A DNA stretch of 58,813 nucleotides, counting the filler. It is 3 parts of 3 records of this genome, joined end to end, with 100 filler letters (N's around TTAATTAATTAA, not from the genome) between each part and the next. Parts side by side here need not be neighbours in the genome. Positions count along the whole stretch, not along the records: positions 1 to 27,832 come from DRR378314_327; positions 27,933 to 48,294 come from DRR378314_340; 1 more part is not named here. One strand, 5' to 3'. The position numbers were made by a program, and so were the translations under genes. This document shows, piece after piece, positions 25,873 through 36,959 of the stretch. The notes below the pieces were generated by a model. It searched no databases and was not told the DNA's origin. It saw nothing but the letters and a program-made list of their open reading frames with translations. Position 1 is the stretch's first letter. Every line of letters begins with the position of its first letter.

Positions 25873-26885
25873 ATCGCGAATCTGCTCGATGTTCGTAGAA
25901 GCAGAGAATCCTGTCCCTGCGCTGTGCGCTCGGAAAGCAAGCACGCAAACTGCCCTGACGGCGCACGACAGTGTACGACATGAACGATAGCAGCATCCTT
26001 CTCGCCCGGAGCGATTGTGCTCCCTCATGCAATCGACCTACCTGGCTGCCTCTCATCCCGGGAGCAGAAGACCTAGCAGTACTGCGACACTGAGCAAACC
26101 CCCCAACTTCAATCTAGCAGCTGCAGGGGCGCAGGGAGGGAGCTTTGCCCCGCCCGCGCATCAGGGCCTTCGCAGACCACAATGTAGTGTACGTGTTCGT
26201 GTAAATGCACAGAACATCCAAAGCGTATATCTCTAAACCGAGGGGAAGACTTGGCAGGCCTAAGAATCACAGCCGTCGGCTTGACAGTGGGGTGTTGCTG
26301 TCTGTCGCCATTGCGCAAGGCTCAGTGCGCACAGGCCTTCGGCCCCACCTCGGCACTTGGGAGCGGTGAAGGCATCAGGTTTGTATTCAGTGGAAATGGG
26401 AGCTAGGGCGCACGGCGAGACACTCAATCTTTGGCAAATATAATGAACACAACAATGCAAGACAACGGCTGTCCTCGGAAGAACGAATTGGGCACGAAAA
26501 GAAATGCTTCGCTGCCGGGGTGTACAGCTGCCGGTTTTAACAGCAGGCACGACACGGTGCGTGTGCGGACGCTCGTTCCCTATGGAGCTTTACGCGGCGT
26601 GCTTGACAGGCGCGAGCGCGGATTCGCGCGAACAACGACAGGCGCGCCGCGTTTCACGGCTGCAGACCGCACAGGGCGGTATTTCGTCCACAGAACTCTG
26701 AAAAGCCAAGCATATTGTAGCGGAAGAAAGCATCCACGGCCGCGTTCCGCTTTCGTCTTTCGCGGAGAGCCACGTGAATGGGCTAGGCCGCATTCGTTCT
26801 CCGCGCTCCAGGCATACCTCGGGAAGAGTGCAAGCAGGCGGCCCGTGCGCACGCACGTGTTGCGCGGTAGCGCGGCTGCACCTTC

Positions 26886-27641
26886 CTAGGCCACTGCTTG
26901 CAGGTACGATATTGCCGTGGGATCACCAAACACAGAAGTTGTATCCTCTGTTTCATCGTGTACCTTTTCGAAGCCCGCATCCCGAAGGGCGGCGAGCACG
27001 GTAAGGCGATCCGTATTGAGGAAAGCCGCATTCGCTGCGGAGACTTTGCGAGCAGTCGGAAACGCTCCCTCGACGACAAAGCGGCCACCAGGGCGGAGGA
27101 TGCGCCGTATCTCCCGCAGGGATTCGGTCAGATCCGTCCAAAAATACACGCAGTTTACAGTCATGATACAGTCAAACGAATTATCAGCAAACGGCAGCGA
27201 TCCGACGCCTCCAATTCTTCCTAATACAAGCTGCGCACGACCAGCTACACAAGCCTCGGCAATGTCGCTTGTGCGCGCACTTTGCGCGATCATTTCGCCG
27301 CTCGCGTCGAGGCCAACGACCAGTCCAGCTGAAGTGCTCTCCAGAATCTTTGCTACCGAGGTGCCTGGACCACATCCAATGTCAAGCACACGATCGCCAT
27401 TTTGAATGTGGAGACGCTCGATTGCCTTCTGAATCACTTCGGAATTCGCTTTGGTAAAGAGAGACGTGCACAGGACTCTGCCGACGAATCCCGAAGAAGG
27501 TAAGTGCAGCTCCTTCTTGATGAGCGCTGTACACTGCGCACGGTACAGCTTCACCAGCCCCCAAACTGTGAGTCCTAAACCGGCAGCAAGGACAGCAACA
27601 TGCTTGCCGTGCGCGGCAAGGAATCCGGATAGGCTCCTCAT
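26886..27641 (-). CDS. Class I SAM-dependent methyltransferase with N-terminal hydrophobic segment (frame open to 27752)
   Basis: VLDIGCGPG motif I, VVGLDAS, LPFADNSFDCI, EIRRILRPGG; no introns. Confidence 0.88.
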   Translation of the reverse strand: MRSLSGFLAAHGKHVAVLAAGLGLTVWGLVKLYRAQCTALIKKELHLPSSGFVGRVLCTSLFTKANSEVIQKAIERLHIQNGDRVLDIGCGPGTSVAKILESTSAGLVVGLDASGEMIAQSARTSDIAEACVAGRAQLVLGRIGGVGSLPFADNSFDCIMTVNCVYFWTDLTESLREIRRILRPGGRFVVEGAFPTARKVSAANAAFLNTDRLTVLAALRDAGFEKVHDETEDTTSVFGDPTAISYLQAVA

Positions 27642-27832
27642 TGGTACGGGTGCAGTGCTGTGGCAAGCAGCGCGTTTCTCGGTTCGCAGCGGCGCGCTCG
27701 CGCACGTACTCGCAGAAAGGCTGCTTATGCCCCGTGTACGCGCAGTCGGCACTGTGGATCTGCAAACGTTTCTTCGTGCCGCGTGGGCTGATGAGCAAGC
27801 ATGCCCTCGACCCTACATCGTTAGCACGCTCT

Positions 27833-27932
27833 NNNNNNNNNNNNNNNNNNNNNNNNNNNNNNNNNNNNNNNNNNNNTTAATTAATTAANNNNNNNNNNNN
27901 NNNNNNNNNNNNNNNNNNNNNNNNNNNNNNNN
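27833..27932. other. Artificial contig-joining spacer
   Basis: 44 N + TTAATTAATTAA (stop codons in all six frames) + 44 N; gene style changes from eukaryotic to bacterial across it. Confidence 0.98.
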
Positions 27933-27934
27933 AC

Positions 27935-27965
27935 AAAAAAGCGCAGAGGAAACCCTCCGCGCCTT
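27935..27965 (-). terminator. Probable intrinsic terminator of guaD
   Basis: Imperfect stem GCGCAGAGG-aaa-CCCTCCGCGC with an A-run on + (U-run on -) just past the guaD stop. Confidence 0.55.
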
Positions 27966-27992
27966 CTGAACGACTGATCTGGTGATTTGATC

Positions 27993-29300
<1,308 letters not shown>

Positions 29301-29442
29301 AAATCCCCTTGGTTCGGTATCAGAAAAACAGGTCAGCCCGGGCGCCCCCCTGCACCGCGTCAGCGGTGCGCGGCCCGGCGGGCGCGGCTGCATTTTAATG
29401 CTGTTGCGACGGGCGGGTGTGCCCCGACCGGCAAGACGGTGC

Positions 29443-30702
29443 TCAGTTGCCAGCCATATAGAAGGGCAGCTTTGCCGCGCCATCGGCAAACCACTTGCGG
29501 ATCAGCGCGCGCTCGTCGTCTTCCATATACGTGACATTGGCGGGGGGCATGGCATGGGTGGCCCCGGCCTGCAGATAGATCTGGCGGGCGTGTTTCGCCA
29601 CATCCGCCTCGGTTTCCAAGAGCACGTTCTTCGGCGCCCGGCGGATGCCCTCATAATAGGGCTCGCGTGCATGGCACATCGCACAGCGTCCGGGCACCAC
29701 GCTCATAATGTCATCGAAATGCTCCGAGCCGGCGTATGCCAGCTCGGTCTGTGTCAATTCACGCGCCTCGGACTCCTCATAGGTGTCCTGCATCAGCGGC
29801 GCCTGGCTCAGCGCCATGACGGCAATGAACAGCAGGATGGTGACCGGCCAGGTCCAGGTCGGATTGCCGGTGCCCGCGTGCAGCGTGTTGAAATAGTGCC
29901 GGATGGTCACCCCCATCAGGAACACCAGCGCCGCGATGATCCAGTTGTACTCGGTGGCAAAGGCCAGCGGGTAGTGGTTGGACAGCATCAGGAAGATGAC
30001 CGGCAGCGTCAGGTAGTTGTTGTGGGTCGACCGCAGCTTGGCGATCTTGCCGTACTTCGGATCCGCCGGACGGCCCGCCTGCAGGTCCGCCACCACGACA
30101 CGCTGGTTCGGCATGATAATGAAGAACACGTTGGCGGTCATGATCGTGGCGGTGAAGGCGCCCAGATGCAGCATCACCGCGCGACCGGTAAAGATCTGGT
30201 TGTACCCCCAGCCCATCGCCACCAGCAGCACGAACAGCAGCACCATCAGGACGGTCGGCTTCTCGCCCAGTGGCGATTTGCACAGGAAGTCATAGATCAG
30301 CCAGCCGATGCTGAGCGAGGCCGCCGAGATCAGGATCCCCTGCCACAGGGCCAGATCCGCCTTACCCTGATCGATCAGGTACAGCTCCCCCCCGGCCCAG
30401 TAGACGATCATCAACAGACCGGCGCCAGACAGCCAGGTGGCATAGCTCTCCCATTTGAACCAGATCAGGTGGTCCGGCATGTTCTCCGGCGCGACCAGAT
30501 ATTTCTGGATGTGATAGAAACCGCCGCCGTGGACCTGCCACTCTTCACCATGCGCCCCCACCGGCAGATGCGGCACCTTCCGCAGCCCCAGGTCGAGGGC
30601 GATAAAGTAGAAGGACGATCCGATCCAGGCGATCGCGGTGATGACATGTAGCCAGCGGACCGCAAAGCCCAGCCAGTCCCACATGATGACAAGCTCTTGC
30701 AT
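29443..30702 (-). CDS. puuD: Membrane urate hydroxylase with C-terminal cytochrome c domain
   Basis: RWLHVITAIAWIGSSFYF, WQVHGGGFYH, WFKWESY, STHNNYLTLP, heme motif CAMCH; purine-cluster context. Confidence 0.95.
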   Translation of the reverse strand: MQELVIMWDWLGFAVRWLHVITAIAWIGSSFYFIALDLGLRKVPHLPVGAHGEEWQVHGGGFYHIQKYLVAPENMPDHLIWFKWESYATWLSGAGLLMIVYWAGGELYLIDQGKADLALWQGILISAASLSIGWLIYDFLCKSPLGEKPTVLMVLLFVLLVAMGWGYNQIFTGRAVMLHLGAFTATIMTANVFFIIMPNQRVVVADLQAGRPADPKYGKIAKLRSTHNNYLTLPVIFLMLSNHYPLAFATEYNWIIAALVFLMGVTIRHYFNTLHAGTGNPTWTWPVTILLFIAVMALSQAPLMQDTYEESEARELTQTELAYAGSEHFDDIMSVVPGRCAMCHAREPYYEGIRRAPKNVLLETEADVAKHARQIYLQAGATHAMPPANVTYMEDDERALIRKWFADGAAKLPFYMAGN

Positions 30703-30811
30703 AGCTCACTCCTTGCGCGTTTGTCCTGACCCTAGGCGAGGGTGTCATTTTCGTGTATCAGGAAAAAATTCCAAGCTGCTTCAAACATAAACTAACAATG
30801 AAATACCCAAC

Positions 30812-31726
30812 ATGGCCTATCTGAACAATATCCGCACTTTCGTCCGCGTCTACGAGCTCGGCAACATGTCCGCCGCCGCGCGGGACATGCGCATTTCTGC
30901 CGCCGTGGCCTCGTCGCGGATTTCACAGCTGGAAGAACACCTTAAGGTGCGCCTGTTTCAACGCACCACGCGCCTATTGAACCCGACCGAGCAGGGCCAG
31001 CTGTTCTATCACGGCGCGGTCAAGATCCTCGAAGCGGTGGAAGAGGCCGAGGCCGATATCTCCAACGTGACACAGACGCCGCGCGGCACGCTCTATGTGG
31101 CGGCTCCCCTTGGTCTGGGCCAGCGGCTGATCGCCCCGGCGGTGCCGCAGTTCAACGCCGCCTACCCGCTGATCAACATCCGCCTGCGTCTGTCGGACCG
31201 CAAACTGGATCTGGCCGCCGAAGGGCTGGACGCGGCCTTCTTCCTCGGCCTGCCGGAGGATTCAAACCTCAAGATCCGCAAGATCACCGACTGCCCGCGC
31301 GTGCTCTGCGCCGCCCCCGCCTATATCGAGACCCGTGGCCTGCCCCAATCCAGCGCCGAGCTGAAAACCGACGCGCATGACTGCCTGAACCTGCGCTATC
31401 CCGGCGCGCCGGAATTCCAGTGGCCCCTGCACGGCCCCGACGGTATCCGGCGGGTGGCCGTCACCGGCCCGTTTGAATCGGACCACGGTGATGTGCTGAC
31501 CCAGTGGGCGCTCGACGGTCATGGCATCATCCTGAAGCCCCTGTTCGAGGTTTTCGAACACCTCGCTGAGGGAACGCTGGTGCCCGTGCTGACGGAAGAG
31601 CCCCCCGCGACGATCCAGATGGCCTGCCTCTACATGCATCGTCGCCATCAGGACCCGAAGGTGCGGCTGTTCCTCGATTTCATGATCGACCACATCCTGG
31701 CGTCCCTGCCTGAAAAGGCCGCCTGA
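30812..31726 (+). CDS. LysR-family (CrgA-like) transcriptional regulator
   Basis: N-terminal HTH ..LEEHLKVRLFQRTTR; divergent from puuD. Confidence 0.95.
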   Translation: MAYLNNIRTFVRVYELGNMSAAARDMRISAAVASSRISQLEEHLKVRLFQRTTRLLNPTEQGQLFYHGAVKILEAVEEAEADISNVTQTPRGTLYVAAPLGLGQRLIAPAVPQFNAAYPLINIRLRLSDRKLDLAAEGLDAAFFLGLPEDSNLKIRKITDCPRVLCAAPAYIETRGLPQSSAELKTDAHDCLNLRYPGAPEFQWPLHGPDGIRRVAVTGPFESDHGDVLTQWALDGHGIILKPLFEVFEHLAEGTLVPVLTEEPPATIQMACLYMHRRHQDPKVRLFLDFMIDHILASLPEKAA

Positions 31727-31759
31727 AACGGCAAAAGGACGGCGCCCCACGGCCCCGCC

Positions 31760-31793
31760 CTTCATCTTTTCCCAAAATACCTCCGCCGGAGGC
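31760..31793 (+). repeat. Short REP-like intergenic element (family B, partial copy)
   Basis: CTTCATCTTTTCCCAAAATACC resembles CTTCAGATTCTCCCAAATATCC at 40703; followed by hairpin CCTCCG-C-CGGAGG. Confidence 0.4.
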
Positions 31794-31798
31794 CTCCG

Positions 31799-32155
31799 TC
31801 AGCTGCCGCGGTAGGTGGAATAGCCATAGGGCGACAACAGCAGCGGCACGTGATAATGGCTGTCCGCCTCGCTCATGCCAAACCGGATCGGCACCTGATC
31901 GAGAAACATCGGCGCATCCCCCGCCTGACCCGACGCGCGCAGATAGTCACCGCAAAAGAAGACCAACTCATAGGTTCCGGTCTCAAATGTCTCTGCCGGC
32001 AGGATCGGGCTGTCGGTGCGCCCATCCGCATTGGTCACCGTCTCGGCAATCTTTTCGTGAGACTCACCACTCACCTTATAAAGCGCGATCTTGATGCCTT
32101 CGGCCGGGCAGCCGCGCGCGGTGTCCAGAACATGTGTTGTCAGATATCCGGTCAT
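31799..32155 (-). CDS. uraH: 5-hydroxyisourate hydrolase (transthyretin-like)
   Basis: [20 protein letters not shown]-terminal [28 protein letters not shown] before the ATG at 32155. Confidence 0.97.
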   Translation of the reverse strand: MTGYLTTHVLDTARGCPAEGIKIALYKVSGESHEKIAETVTNADGRTDSPILPAETFETGTYELVFFCGDYLRASGQAGDAPMFLDQVPIRFGMSEADSHYHVPLLLSPYGYSTYRGS

Positions 32156-32373
32156 CTGTGACGTCTCCTTTTTTGGCGGTACAATGTTCAACGGAACCGT
32201 GCGACAGGCCCACGCCCAATCACGTCTCGCTGATTTTATCGCCATACTGCGAGAGCTTTGCCGCAGATGCACGCAGAAGCGTCAAACAGCACTTTCAAAA
32301 AATGCGGTAAAGCCCCAAGCCCATTTCCAATGTATAACATGCAAATAACTTAAAAGACGCGGAGATCCCAATC

Positions 32374-33789
32374 GTGACACGCTATCCCCGAGACATGCGT
32401 GGATATGGGGCGCATGCCCCGCATCCCGCTTGGCCCAATGATGCAAAAATCGCCGTCCAGTTCGTGTTGAACTACGAAGAAGGCGGCGAGAACTGCACCC
32501 TGCACGGCGATGCCGCCTCCGAGGCCTTCCTCTCCGACATCCCCGGCGCGGCGCAATGGCAGGGCCAGCGCCACTGGAACATGGAATCGATCTATGAATA
32601 CGGCGCGCGGGCCGGGTTCTGGCGCCTGCACCGCCTGTTCACCGGCGCCGACATCCCGCTGACCATCTATGGCGTCGCCACCGCCCTCGCCCGCAGCCCC
32701 GAACAGCTGCAGGCGATGAAGGACGCGGACTGGGAAATCGCCTCCCACGGCCTCAAATGGGTCGAGCACAAGGACATGCCCGAGGATGAAGAGCGCGCCT
32801 CGATCAAAGAGGCGATCCGCCTGCACACCGAGGTGGTCGGGGAACGCCCGCGCGGCTGGTACACTGGCCGGTGCAGCGCCAACACTGTGCGTCTGGTCGC
32901 CGAAGAGGGCGGCTTTGACTATATCTCCGACACCTATGATGACGACCTGCCCTATTGGCTGGAAGTTGGCGATCGCGACCAGCTGATCATTCCCTATACG
33001 CTCGAAGCCAACGACATGCGCTTTGCCACCGCGCCCGGTTGGGTCACGGGCGAGGATTTCGGCTCCTACCTGACCGACGCTTTTGATGCGCTTTATGCCG
33101 AAGGCGAGGCTGGCGCGCCCAAGATGATGACCATCGGTCTGCACTGCCGTCTGGTGGGTCGTCCGGGCAAGATCGCCGCACTCAAACGCTTTATCGAGCA
33201 TATCCAGACCCATGAGGGCGTCTGGTGCCCGCGTCGTGTGGAGATCGCCGAACATTGGGCGGAAAACCACCCCCATCAGCGCCGCACCCGTCCAAGCCAG
33301 ATGGACCGCGAAAGCTTTGTCGCCACCTACGGGTCGATCTTCGAGCATTCGCCCTGGATCGCAGACCGCGCCTTTGACTTGGAACTCGGCCCCGCGCATG
33401 ACTGCGCCGCCGGGGTCCACAATGCACTCTGTCGCATGTTCCGCACCGCCTCCGACGAGGAGCGCCTCGGCGTGCTCACCGCGCACCCGGATCTGGCCGG
33501 CAAACTCGCCAGCGCCGGGCGCCTGACCGCCGAGAGCACCTCGGAACAGGCCAGCGCCGGGCTCGACATGCTGACGGATGCGGAACGCGAGACCTTCACC
33601 GCGATGAATGACACCTATGTGGCCAAACACAGCTTCCCCTTCATCATTGCGGTGCGCGACCACGACAAGGCCTCGATTCTGGCCGCCTTCCAGCGCCGCA
33701 TCGACAATGACCGTTCGACCGAGTTTGCCGAGGCCTGCCGTCAGGTCGAACGCATCGCGCAATTCCGTCTGATGGATCTGCTGCCATGA
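32374..33789 (+). CDS. puuE: Allantoinase PuuE fused to OHCU decarboxylase (UraD)
   Basis: LNYEEGGE, MESIYEYGARAGFWR, IGLHCRLVGRP (PuuE); C-terminal FEHSPWIA, AHPDLAG, SEQASAGL, FPFIIAV (UraD). Confidence 0.96.
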   Translation: MTRYPRDMRGYGAHAPHPAWPNDAKIAVQFVLNYEEGGENCTLHGDAASEAFLSDIPGAAQWQGQRHWNMESIYEYGARAGFWRLHRLFTGADIPLTIYGVATALARSPEQLQAMKDADWEIASHGLKWVEHKDMPEDEERASIKEAIRLHTEVVGERPRGWYTGRCSANTVRLVAEEGGFDYISDTYDDDLPYWLEVGDRDQLIIPYTLEANDMRFATAPGWVTGEDFGSYLTDAFDALYAEGEAGAPKMMTIGLHCRLVGRPGKIAALKRFIEHIQTHEGVWCPRRVEIAEHWAENHPHQRRTRPSQMDRESFVATYGSIFEHSPWIADRAFDLELGPAHDCAAGVHNALCRMFRTASDEERLGVLTAHPDLAGKLASAGRLTAESTSEQASAGLDMLTDAERETFTAMNDTYVAKHSFPFIIAVRDHDKASILAAFQRRIDNDRSTEFAEACRQVERIAQFRLMDLLP

Positions 33790-34292
33790 CCCGTGAGTTG
33801 ATCGCCCAACCGCTGACCGCCGCAGACTTCGCCCCCTTTGGCGAGGTGCTGGAACCGAAGGCGCAGCCCGACAAACTCATCAACCAGGGCAAATGCGGCC
33901 GTCACCACGACCTCGCACAGCTCGACTTTGCCGACGGGCGGGCCGGGATCAGCCTGTTTGATGCTGAGGCCCGCACCCTGCCCCACAAGGTAGACATGGT
34001 CGAACGTCACCCCGAGGGCAGTCAGGCCTTTGTTCCGGTCACCGGCGTGCCAATTCTGGTGGTCGTGGCTCCGGATGAAGACGGCACCCCCGGCACGCCG
34101 CGCGCCTTCCTCAGCCAGCCCGGCCAATCGATCAACCTGCACCGGGGCGTCTGGCACGGTGTGCTCGCTCCGTTTGAGGCGCCCGGCCAGTATATCGTCA
34201 TCGACCGCATCGGTGAGGGCGCCAACCTCGAAGAACACTGGTTCGACGATCCCTGGATCGTCACCAAGGTCGCCGCACAAACAGAAGGCTGA
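33786..34292 (+). CDS. allA: Ureidoglycolate lyase/hydrolase
   Basis: PLTAADFAPFGEV, ERHPEGSQAF, RGVWH, VIDRIG; ATGA overlap with puuE. Confidence 0.93.
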   Translation: MTRELIAQPLTAADFAPFGEVLEPKAQPDKLINQGKCGRHHDLAQLDFADGRAGISLFDAEARTLPHKVDMVERHPEGSQAFVPVTGVPILVVVAPDEDGTPGTPRAFLSQPGQSINLHRGVWHGVLAPFEAPGQYIVIDRIGEGANLEEHWFDDPWIVTKVAAQTEG

Positions 34293-34367
34293 CCTCTCTC
34301 TTTCATCTGGATCATCCCGACCCGCCAAACGAGGCCGGGAGATCCGCCAACCAACAGGGAACAGAAA

Positions 34368-35807
34368 ATGTCTGATACCTCCATCGGGACGCCGGAGCAG
34401 CTCCGCGATCCCGACTACATGCCCCCACTGGCGAAGGCCATTCCGCTGGGCATCCAGCACGTGCTGGCGATGTTCGTCTCCAATGTGACGCCGGCGATCA
34501 TCGTCGCCGGCGCCGCCGGATTTGGATTTGGCTCGAACTCGCCCGATTTCCCGGAATTGCTCTACCTGATCCAGATGTCGATGTTGTTTGCCGGCATCGC
34601 CACCTTGATGCAGACGCTCACCCTCGGCCCGGTGGGTGCACGGCTGCCGATCGTTCAGGGCACATCCTTCGCCTTCCTGCCGATCATGATCCCGCTGGTT
34701 GCCGGCAAGGGTGTCGATGCGCTCGCCGCGCTGTTTGGCGGTGTGCTGATCGGCGGGCTGTTCCACGCCGCCCTCGGCCTTGTCATCGGCAAGATCCGCT
34801 TTGCCCTGCCGCCGCTGGTCACCGGCCTCGTGGTCACCATGATCGGCCTGGCGCTGGTCAAGGTCGGCATTCAATACGCCGCAGGTGGCGTTCCCGCCAT
34901 CGGCACGCCGGAATACGGCTCGCTGCTCAACTGGTCCGCCGCACTGGTGGTGATTTTGGTGACGCTGGGGCTGAAGTTCTTCACCCGCGGCATGCTGTCG
35001 GTCTCCGCGGTGCTGCTGGGCCTCATCGTCGGCTATGTCTACGCGCTGATGGTCGGCATGCTCAGCTTTGACGCCATCGCCGGTTCCTGGGGCAACGCCG
35101 CCGCATTTGCGCTGCCGCAGCCGTTCAAATACGGGTTCGAGTTCTCCTTCGCCGCCATCTTGGGCTTCTGCCTGATGGCCTTTGTCTCGGCGGTGGAAAC
35201 CGTGGGCGATGTCTCCGGCATCACCAAGGGCGGCGCGGGTCGCGAAGCCACCGACACCGAAATCGAAGGCGCGATCTACGCCGACGGATTCGGTTCGGCG
35301 CTGGCCGGGGCCTTTGGCGCCATGCCCAACACCTCCTTCAGCCAGAACGTCGGCCTGATTGCCATGACCGGCGTCATGAGCCGCCACGTGGTGACCTGCG
35401 GAGCGGTCTTCCTGATTGTCTGCGGATTGATCCCAAAGGTCGGCGCGCTGATCCGCACCGTTCCGATCGAAGTGCTCGGCGGCGGTGTCATCGTGATGTT
35501 CGGCATGGTGGTCGCAGCGGGCATCTCGATCCTGTCGGACGTGGAGTGGAACCGGCGCAACATGGTGATCTTTGCCATCTCGCTCTCCATCGGCCTCGGG
35601 CTGCAGCTGGAACCCGGCGCCCTGCAACATGTCGCGGACACGCCGCGCATCCTGTTGACCAGCGGCCTGCTGCCCGCCGCCGTGATCTCCATCGTGCTGA
35701 ACCTGATCCTGCCGGAAGAGTTGGCGAATGAATCGACCGAGGAGGTCTCCGGCGGCATGTCGGGCCACTCCAAGGGCTCTCTCGGTCAATCGCGTGACGC
35801 CAGCTGA
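34368..35807 (+). CDS. NCS2/NAT nucleobase (xanthine/urate) permease
   Basis: LGIQHVLAMF, NAT signature SFSQNVGLIAMTGVMSR, many TM segments. Confidence 0.95.
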   Translation: MSDTSIGTPEQLRDPDYMPPLAKAIPLGIQHVLAMFVSNVTPAIIVAGAAGFGFGSNSPDFPELLYLIQMSMLFAGIATLMQTLTLGPVGARLPIVQGTSFAFLPIMIPLVAGKGVDALAALFGGVLIGGLFHAALGLVIGKIRFALPPLVTGLVVTMIGLALVKVGIQYAAGGVPAIGTPEYGSLLNWSAALVVILVTLGLKFFTRGMLSVSAVLLGLIVGYVYALMVGMLSFDAIAGSWGNAAAFALPQPFKYGFEFSFAAILGFCLMAFVSAVETVGDVSGITKGGAGREATDTEIEGAIYADGFGSALAGAFGAMPNTSFSQNVGLIAMTGVMSRHVVTCGAVFLIVCGLIPKVGALIRTVPIEVLGGGVIVMFGMVVAAGISILSDVEWNRRNMVIFAISLSIGLGLQLEPGALQHVADTPRILLTSGLLPAAVISIVLNLILPEELANESTEEVSGGMSGHSKGSLGQSRDAS

Positions 35808-35826
35808 GGGGCCCCCATATGACAGC

Positions 35827-35854
35827 AAAAGGGCCGCATCGCGCGGCCCTTTTT
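35827..35854. terminator. Bidirectional intrinsic terminator
   Basis: AAAAGGGCCGC-ATCGC-GCGGCCCTTTTT between convergent genes. Confidence 0.85.
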
Positions 35855-35881
35855 CATTTTAGCAACAGTCTGGCCGACAGG

Positions 35882-35942
35882 CCGGACAGCCCCCGACCTT
35901 CCCCCGGGAGGGGGCTTTCCCCCCACCCGGCTCGGGCACTGT
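35882..35942 (+). repeat. REP/MITE-like intergenic element (family A, copy 1)
   Basis: Near-identical to the reverse complement of 41789-41854; ends are inverted repeats (GACAGCCCCCGA ... TCGGGCACTGT). Confidence 0.8.
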
Positions 35943-35944
35943 GC

Positions 35945-36778
35945 TCAACGCAGCGGTGCCAGCGGCATATGCCGGTTCACATCCTTGTAAAGCAGATAGC
36001 GGAACAGCCCCGGACCACCGGCGTAACAAGCCTGCGGGCAGAAGGCGCGCAGCCACATGTAGTCACCGGCCTCGACCTCGACCCAGTCCTGGTTGAGCCG
36101 ATAGACCGCCTTGCCCTCCAGCACATAGAGCCCGTGTTCCATTACATGGGTCTCGGCAAAAGGGATCACCGCGCCCGGTTCAAACGTCACGATCGTCACA
36201 TGCATGTCGTGGCGCAGGTCTTCCGGATCGACAAAACGCGAGGTGGCCCATTTGCCGTCAGTCCCCGCCATCGCGGTGGGTGTTACGTCTTGTTCGTTGG
36301 TGACAAAGGCCTCCGGCGCCTCGATTCCCTCAACCGCCTGATAGGCCTTGCGGAGCCAGTGGAACCGCACCGGCGCATCGCTGGTATTGGTCAGCTTCCA
36401 CGTGGCGGATGGCGGCAGGAAGGCATAGCCGCCCTCGCCCATTTCATGCGCCTGCCCGTCGATGGTCAGCAGCATCTGCCCCTCGACCACAAACAGCACC
36501 GCCTCAACGCCTGCCTCGGTCTCGGGCCGTTCGGAGCCACCACCGGGCTGCACCTCGGCGATGTAGTGCGAAAACGTCTCGGCAAAACCCGACAGCGGTC
36601 GCGCGATCACCCAGAACCGCGACTTGCCCCAGAACGGCAGGAAGCTGGTCACGATATCGCTGTTGGTGCCCTTGGGGATCACCGCATAGGCTTCGGTGAA
36701 CATGGCCCGATCCGTCAGAAGCTGGGTCTGCGGCGGCAGCCCTCCGTGGGGGGCGTAATAGGTCGGTTTTGTCATCAC
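35945..36778 (-). CDS. allE: (S)-ureidoglycine aminohydrolase-like bicupin (AllE/YlbA family)
   Basis: RAMFTEAYAVIP, IARPLSGFAETF, ETHVMEHGLYVLEG, YLLYKDVNRH. Confidence 0.92.
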   Translation of the reverse strand: MMTKPTYYAPHGGLPPQTQLLTDRAMFTEAYAVIPKGTNSDIVTSFLPFWGKSRFWVIARPLSGFAETFSHYIAEVQPGGGSERPETEAGVEAVLFVVEGQMLLTIDGQAHEMGEGGYAFLPPSATWKLTNTSDAPVRFHWLRKAYQAVEGIEAPEAFVTNEQDVTPTAMAGTDGKWATSRFVDPEDLRHDMHVTIVTFEPGAVIPFAETHVMEHGLYVLEGKAVYRLNQDWVEVEAGDYMWLRAFCPQACYAGGPGLFRYLLYKDVNRHMPLAPLR

Positions 36779-36959
36779 ATCGCCTTCTCAAAATCTCTGC
36801 CCCCATCAAACCGCGTGACCGCGCTCAGGCCAATCAATTTGATGATCCCAAAAGCATGAAGGATTATAAGGCTCGATTTGAAAGCCCGCCCCATTGACCC
36901 CCACCTCAACCGGGGGACACTATGCCCACAGCCGCCCTCACGCACAGGACCGCCCGCCA

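Noticed and set aside
171..27800. Many short Arg/Ala/Cys-rich ORFs in the eukaryotic segment, including 9241-10275 and 19875-21029
   Set aside because: They are intron or intergenic read-throughs or antisense frames; the real coding parts are the exons listed.
27877..27888. TTAATTAATTAA as a palindromic site or piggyBac-type TTAA target
   Set aside because: It is the six-frame stop linker, repeated identically at 48339-48350 between N runs.
32374..33789. PuuE-UraD fusion and cytochrome-c-type PuuD as novelties
   Set aside because: Both are known features of alphaproteobacterial urate catabolism.
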